Source: a bacterium (lineage in GTDB: Bacteria; Patescibacteriota; Minisyncoccia; Minisyncoccales; JAGLPU01). Taken from it: a stretch of 64,000 nt of DNA. The stretch spans positions 4,121 to 68,120 of the forward strand of contig DAOVZN010000003.1 in assembly GCA_030635055.1 (NCBI GenBank). The letters run 5' to 3'. The notes below the pieces were generated by a model. It was not told the origin of the DNA and did no database searches. It saw only the letters and a list, made by a program, of their open reading frames with translations. Positions 59,390-64,000 of this stretch are shown here, piece after piece; the first letter of the stretch is position 1, and every line of letters starts with the position of its first letter. The position numbers were made by a program, and so were the translations under genes.

Positions 59390-61000
59390 ATGAACAAAAA
59401 AATCATCATTGTCTTAGTTCTCATTGTTTCAGCTATTCTTCTCTACCAAGTTATTTTCAAGGAAAGCGAGCCTGAATACACTTTGACTGAAGTAAAAAGA
59501 GATACTGTTGTCCAAGAAATCTCTGAGACAGGTATGGTCAAAAGGGGAGAAAAAATAGGACTCAGTTTTGAAAACACCGGACGAATTGCCGCGGTGAATA
59601 TCAGTGTTGGAGATATAGTAAAGGCGGGACAAGCTTTAGCCAGCCTGGAAACCAGCCAATTGCAAATCCAGCTTCAAGAAGCATCTGCCGCTTTGGAATT
59701 ATCTCAGGCCGAACTTAATAAACTACTGTCCGGAGCCAGCGCAGAAACAATACGAGTCGCTCAAACAGCAGTTGATAATGCTGAAATAAGCCTGGAAAAC
59801 GCGCAACAAAACGAACAAAATGTAAAAGTCATTGCTCAAGAGGATATAGAGCAGGACTATGAAGATGGTTTAAATTCTTTAGACGACGCTTATCTAAAAA
59901 TATATAACGCATATAATGCAATAGATTCTTTACAAAGAACCTATTTTAGCGGCAACGACCAAGAAAGCATTACAGTTAAGGGGAGCAAAACAACCATAGA
60001 AAATGCTATGCTCCAAACAGAGCCATATATCGCCGACGCTAAAAGTTCAGGAGAGAACGAAAGCATTGATATGGCTTTAATTGAAGTAAAAGACGCTTTA
60101 AATAAAATCTATAACGCTCTGGAAATAACCAGGGAGACATGCGAAGCAATAACTTATCGCGACACAGTTTCCTCAACCGACAAAACAACGATAGACACTC
60201 AAAAAACAAATATCAACACCAGTTTGACCAGTATTATCAGCGCTCAGCAAGCCATAGCTTCAACTAAGCTGACTAATGCCTCTAATATCAATACTGCTGA
60301 ATCTTCAACAGCCACGGCCGAAGGAGTTTTAAAAACAGCTCAAGACAACCTGGCTTTAACCACAGCCGACCCGCGTCAAGAAGATATTGTTTTATATCAA
60401 GCCAAAGTTCAACGGGCCCAATCTAATCTAGCCTTGCTTAAGAATCAAATCGCCAAAGCCACTTTGTTCTGCCCGACAAACGGACAGGTTATAGGAGTGG
60501 ATAAAAAAGTTGGAGAGATGGTTCAACCAACAGGTATTATTATCACGCTTCTGCCTTCAATCCCATTTCAAATAGAAACAGATATTTACGAAGAAGATAT
60601 CGTAAAGATAAATATTGGAAATCCGGTAGATATTTTTTTAATCGCCTTTCCCGACCAAATTTTTAAAGGCAAGGTTATGTTCGTTGATCCGGCTGAAAAA
60701 CTGATGGATGGAGTAGTTTATTACAAAATAATTATTGATTTTTCCGATGGAATTGAAGAATCACTGGAGGGAGTCAAACAGGGGATGACAGCTGATTTAA
60801 TCATTAAAACAGCTCAAAAAGAAAATGTTTTAGTCATTGATGAAGATGCAGTTCAGGAAAAAGACGATAAAGTTTTTGTTGAAGTTTTAACAGATGGGAA
60901 AATTGAAGAGAGAGAAATAGAAACAGGTCTTTTGGGCAGTAATGATATGATGGAAATTATCTCAGGACTAGAAGCCGGAGAAAAAGTAATTTTAAGATAA
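59390..61000 (+). CDS. efflux periplasmic adaptor (HlyD/MacA-like)
   Basis: N-terminal TM. Barrel-sandwich GRIAAVNISVGDIVKAGQALASLE. Long coiled-coil hairpin. C-terminal beta domains. Precedes the MacB-type ABC pair. Confidence 0.8.
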   Translation: MNKKIIIVLVLIVSAILLYQVIFKESEPEYTLTEVKRDTVVQEISETGMVKRGEKIGLSFENTGRIAAVNISVGDIVKAGQALASLETSQLQIQLQEASAALELSQAELNKLLSGASAETIRVAQTAVDNAEISLENAQQNEQNVKVIAQEDIEQDYEDGLNSLDDAYLKIYNAYNAIDSLQRTYFSGNDQESITVKGSKTTIENAMLQTEPYIADAKSSGENESIDMALIEVKDALNKIYNALEITRETCEAITYRDTVSSTDKTTIDTQKTNINTSLTSIISAQQAIASTKLTNASNINTAESSTATAEGVLKTAQDNLALTTADPRQEDIVLYQAKVQRAQSNLALLKNQIAKATLFCPTNGQVIGVDKKVGEMVQPTGIIITLLPSIPFQIETDIYEEDIVKINIGNPVDIFLIAFPDQIFKGKVMFVDPAEKLMDGVVYYKIIIDFSDGIEESLEGVKQGMTADLIIKTAQKENVLVIDEDAVQEKDDKVFVEVLTDGKIEEREIETGLLGSNDMMEIISGLEAGEKVILR

Positions 61001-61008
61001 ACTTTAAG

Positions 61009-61725
61009 ATGAACATAGAGCCAATTATTAAACTAGAGAATGTCTGGAAGATTTATCAACTAGGCAAAACAGAATTGGCCGCTTTGAGAGGATTGAGCCT
61101 GGAAATTAATCCAGGCGATTTTGTCGCTATTATGGGAGCTTCCGGGTCTGGAAAATCCACTCTTTTAAATATGATTGGATGCCTGGATTCTCCAAGCAGG
61201 GGGGAAATTTATCTAAAAGGAAAAAATATCGCAAAGATGCCGGAAAGCGAACTTTCTCAGTTTAGAGGAAAAGTGTTGGGATTTGTTTTTCAAGAATTTA
61301 ATTTAATCCCAAACATCAACTGTCTAGAAAATGTAATGCTTCCTATGATATTTCAAAGAGTCCCGTTTTTAAAAAGAAAAGCAAAAGCAGAAGAGATTTT
61401 AAAAATGGTTGGATTGGAAAAAAGGATGGTTCATCAACCGGCAGAACTTTCCGGAGGAGAAAGGCAGAGAGTGGCGCTGGCAAGAGCTTTTGCCAATGAC
61501 CCGGAAGTGATCATAGCCGATGAACCAACCGGAAATCTTGATTCAACCACCGGAAAGATGATAATGGAATTTTTGAAAACTTTTCATGAAAAACGGGGAA
61601 AGACAATGATTATTGTGACCCATGATCCAAAAATCGCAAATTATGCCGAAAAAATAATAAACATTAAAGACGGACAAATAGTTAAAAATGGCTTAACAGC
61701 TAAGGAATCTTTATGGAAGAACTAA
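61009..61725 (+). CDS. ABC transporter ATP-binding protein (MacB/LolD type)
   Basis: Walker A GASGSGKST, signature LSGGERQRVALARA, Walker B VIIADEPTGNLD. Confidence 0.92.
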   Translation: MNIEPIIKLENVWKIYQLGKTELAALRGLSLEINPGDFVAIMGASGSGKSTLLNMIGCLDSPSRGEIYLKGKNIAKMPESELSQFRGKVLGFVFQEFNLIPNINCLENVMLPMIFQRVPFLKRKAKAEEILKMVGLEKRMVHQPAELSGGERQRVALARAFANDPEVIIADEPTGNLDSTTGKMIMEFLKTFHEKRGKTMIIVTHDPKIANYAEKIINIKDGQIVKNGLTAKESLWKN

Positions 61726-62942
61726 AAGAATATTTTAGGATCGCATTTAGAAATATAAAGACCAGACGCCTAAGAAGCTTCTTGACTGTTTTAGGTATTG
61801 TTATCGGCGTGTTTTTAATAGTTTCCTTGCTTTCTTTGAGCGAAGGATTAAAAACAACCATTAACCAGCAATTACAGGCAATGGGCGGAGAAATGGTTAT
61901 GGTGATGCCCGGCGGTGAGGAAGACATTTTAACGAGCATGATGTTCGGCGGCGCCAAATTAGAAAAAGAAGATATTGAGGCAATTAAAAAAGCAAAAGGC
62001 GTAGATGAGGTTTTGGGAATTTCCTACACCGGAACAGTAGCCAGATACAAAGACGAATCAAAACAAATTGCCATGTGCGGTTATGAACCATGGAAAGAAG
62101 GTTTGGATATTTTAAGTATTTTTCAGGGTTGGAGTTTGACTGAAGGAAGATGGCCCAGCAAGGGAAATCAGCTTTTAATCGGCCAATATGTAGCCAATGA
62201 AACTTTCTCAAAAAAGGTAAAAGCAGGCTCGGAAATGACGATAAAAGGGAAAAAATTTGAGGTGGCGGGAATATTGGATTCTTTAGGAAGTCGACAAGAT
62301 GACAGTATGGTTTATATGGATATGAAGGTATATCAAGAGCTGACAGGAGAGAAACGCGGCAGTGCCGCGTACGCCATGGTTAAACTTGAAGAAGGAGCAG
62401 ATGAAAACATCGTGAAAACAGAAATTGAAAGCAGCCTTGAAGAAACAAGAAAAAGAAGGGCTGACACCGATGTGGCTGATTTTTCTGTTATTACCTCAGA
62501 AAAGATGTCAGAGATAACCGGCACTATTTTAGGAATAATTGAGGTTGTTATTATTGGATTTGCCAGCATTGCCATTCTCGTGGGAGGTATTGGAATCACA
62601 AACAGCATGTTCACTTCAATCAGAGAAAGGACCAAAGAAATTGGAATTATGAAAGCAATTGGGGCTAAAAATTCAGCAATTCTGTCAATTTTCTTGATTG
62701 AAGCGGGAATAGTAGGAATTTTGGGAGGTCTGGGCGGAGTATTGCTGGGAAGTATTCTTGCCAAAGCAATTGATTATTATGGCCAGGCAAACCCAACCTT
62801 TTATTTCACAACAACTATTTCTCCTTGGATGATCATTTTCGCTATCATTTTTTCATTTTCCATAGGATGTTTGGCGGGATTTTTTCCAGCCAGAGCGGCT
62901 GCCAAACTCAAGCCGGTTGAGGCTTTAAGAAAATATGAGTGA
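61713..62942 (+). CDS. ABC transporter permease (FtsX/MacB type)
   Basis: TM1, large periplasmic domain, then three C-terminal TMs with the FtsX motif RTKEIGIMKAIGA. Overlaps the ATPase gene. Confidence 0.88.
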   Translation: MEELKEYFRIAFRNIKTRRLRSFLTVLGIVIGVFLIVSLLSLSEGLKTTINQQLQAMGGEMVMVMPGGEEDILTSMMFGGAKLEKEDIEAIKKAKGVDEVLGISYTGTVARYKDESKQIAMCGYEPWKEGLDILSIFQGWSLTEGRWPSKGNQLLIGQYVANETFSKKVKAGSEMTIKGKKFEVAGILDSLGSRQDDSMVYMDMKVYQELTGEKRGSAAYAMVKLEEGADENIVKTEIESSLEETRKRRADTDVADFSVITSEKMSEITGTILGIIEVVIIGFASIAILVGGIGITNSMFTSIRERTKEIGIMKAIGAKNSAILSIFLIEAGIVGILGGLGGVLLGSILAKAIDYYGQANPTFYFTTTISPWMIIFAIIFSFSIGCLAGFFPARAAAKLKPVEALRKYE

Positions 62943-63543
62943 TTTGATCAATTCCTTAATCGAAAAAGGCTGGTTGAAAACTCCACGGATTATTAAGGCT
63001 TTCCAGAAAATCAGCAGAAACGACTTTATCCCTGAAGGCATGAAGCATTTCTCTGAATTTGACGAACCAATGCCTATTGGCTGGGATCAAACAATATCCC
63101 AACCTTTAGTGGCTGCTTTTATGCTGGAACAGCTTAAACCCATGCTAGGAGACAAAATTTTGGATATTGGTTCCGGCTCCGGATGGACTACTGCTTTACT
63201 GGCTGAGATCGTCGGGCCTAAAGGAAAAGTTATTGCTCTGGAAATAATTCCTGAATTAAAAGAATTTGGCGAAAAAAATGCAGCCAAGTACAATGGTATC
63301 ACAGAATTTATTTGCGCTGACGGTTCAAAGGGATATAATAAAGAAGCTCCATTTGATAAAATATTGGTCTCGGCGGCAGTTCAAACTAAACAAATCCCTG
63401 TGGCATGGCAAGAACAACTTAAAACAGGAGGGAAAATAGTCGCTCCTATTGGTTCTTCCATTTGGCTATTTGAAAAAACAGAAACCGAAATAAAAAAAAC
63501 CGAACACACCGGTTTTGCTTTCGTTCCTTTGGTGGAAAAATAA
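62935..63543 (+). CDS. pcm: protein-L-isoaspartate O-methyltransferase
   Basis: DEPMPIGWDQTISQPLVAAFMLEQL and SAM motif ILDIGSGSGWTTALLAEIVG. Confidence 0.88.
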   Translation: MSDLINSLIEKGWLKTPRIIKAFQKISRNDFIPEGMKHFSEFDEPMPIGWDQTISQPLVAAFMLEQLKPMLGDKILDIGSGSGWTTALLAEIVGPKGKVIALEIIPELKEFGEKNAAKYNGITEFICADGSKGYNKEAPFDKILVSAAVQTKQIPVAWQEQLKTGGKIVAPIGSSIWLFEKTETEIKKTEHTGFAFVPLVEK

Positions 63544-63544
63544 T

Positions 63545-64000
63545 ATGAAAACATACGCAAAAATCATAATTGGTTTTCTTCTGGTGGCAGCTTGCCTTTT
63601 GTTTTTTGCGTGGCAGGGTATTTATCTCGCTAAAAGCACGGAAACTCAATATAAGGTCTTTGTCGTGGAAAAAGGACAGGGGCTTTTCCAAATTGCATCC
63701 AATTTGGAAGAACAAGATTTAATTAAAAACAAAATCTTTTTTGAGATTTATTTAACATGGCAACAAAAGAGCCGCCTGTTGCAGGCGGGAAAATATTTGC
63801 TTTCCGCTTCCATGAGTGTTCCTGAAATTGCCGCGGAAATTCTCAGAGGGAAAAGCAACCAAGAAAAAATCACTATTATTGAAGGCTGGGATTCAAGAGA
63901 TATCGCGCAGTATTTGGAAAACAAAGAAATGTTTCAATATTATGAATTGTTTGAATTTACAGGCTTTCCGATGAGAGATTATACGGAGTATAAAGAAGAC
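63545..64000 (+). CDS. mltG: endolytic murein transglycosylase MltG/YceG-like, 3'-truncated by window end
   Basis: Open frame from ATG 63545 to the window end, not in the ORF track. N-terminal TM, then the YceG opening FVVEKGQGLFQIASNLEEQDLIKN...LQAGKYLLSASMSVPEIAAEILRGK...ITIIEGW. Confidence 0.75.
   Translation, partial: MKTYAKIIIGFLLVAACLLFFAWQGIYLAKSTETQYKVFVVEKGQGLFQIASNLEEQDLIKNKIFFEIYLTWQQKSRLLQAGKYLLSASMSVPEIAAEILRGKSNQEKITIIEGWDSRDIAQYLENKEMFQYYELFEFTGFPMRDYTEYKED

Overview
AT-rich, very gene-dense 64-kb window made up almost entirely of housekeeping genes. By inference it comes from a small-genome Patescibacteria/CPR-like bacterium: core genes lack Shine-Dalgarno (SD) sequences, ribosomal proteins carry K/E-rich tails, there are PEGA/TolB-like and pilin-LamG surface proteins, and gyrB holds an intein.

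Content in order:
- Tail of the ribosomal alpha operon: infA-rpmJ-rpsM-rpsK-rpsD-rpoA-rplQ, then rplM-rpsI.
- A 7-kb island of monocistronic orphan genes (4.9-11.8 kb).
- murA, mreB, holB, a pilin-LamG gene, frr, rseP, a second mreB, gatCA.
- tRNA-fMet/Met/Asp.
- Cell-wall genes: an L,D-transpeptidase/D,D-carboxypeptidase fusion and capA.
- pheST.
- gyrB, which carries an HNH intein and an A8 frameshift.
- A secreted peptidoglycan-binding/transglutaminase-like protein.
- secE-nusG-rplK.
- A dTMP module: dCMP deaminase, divergent thyX, glyA and a tmk-deoC fusion.
- gatB and a Fic-HTH gene.
- An OPT transporter coupled to a type II pantothenate kinase.
- miaA and miaB, then a Kazal/DUF333 secreted protein.
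- dnaE and rnhB.
- rpmF-nusB-rnc-rpsP-KH-trmD.
- tRNA-Tyr/Thr, rpmG, tRNA-Trp.
- A MacAB-like efflux system, pcm, and a partial mltG.

I saw no rRNA, CRISPR array, transposase or integrase.

Most unusual signals:
1. Repeated promoter + hairpin-leader + GGTGAT modules with conserved 3' terminator modules that bracket unrelated orphan ORFs. There are three tandem copies between rnhB and rpmF and two near-identical copies at 7.9-9.4 kb.
2. A sharp split between SD-less core genes and SD-led orphan genes.
3. Two promoter-to-terminator non-coding units. One (59.0-59.3 kb) is closed by a 26-bp 5'/3' inverted repeat and contains an SD-led 32-codon ORF.
4. gyrB needs a -1 shift in an A8 run and also hosts an intein.
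5. Several gene fusions and a non-canonical initiator tRNA.
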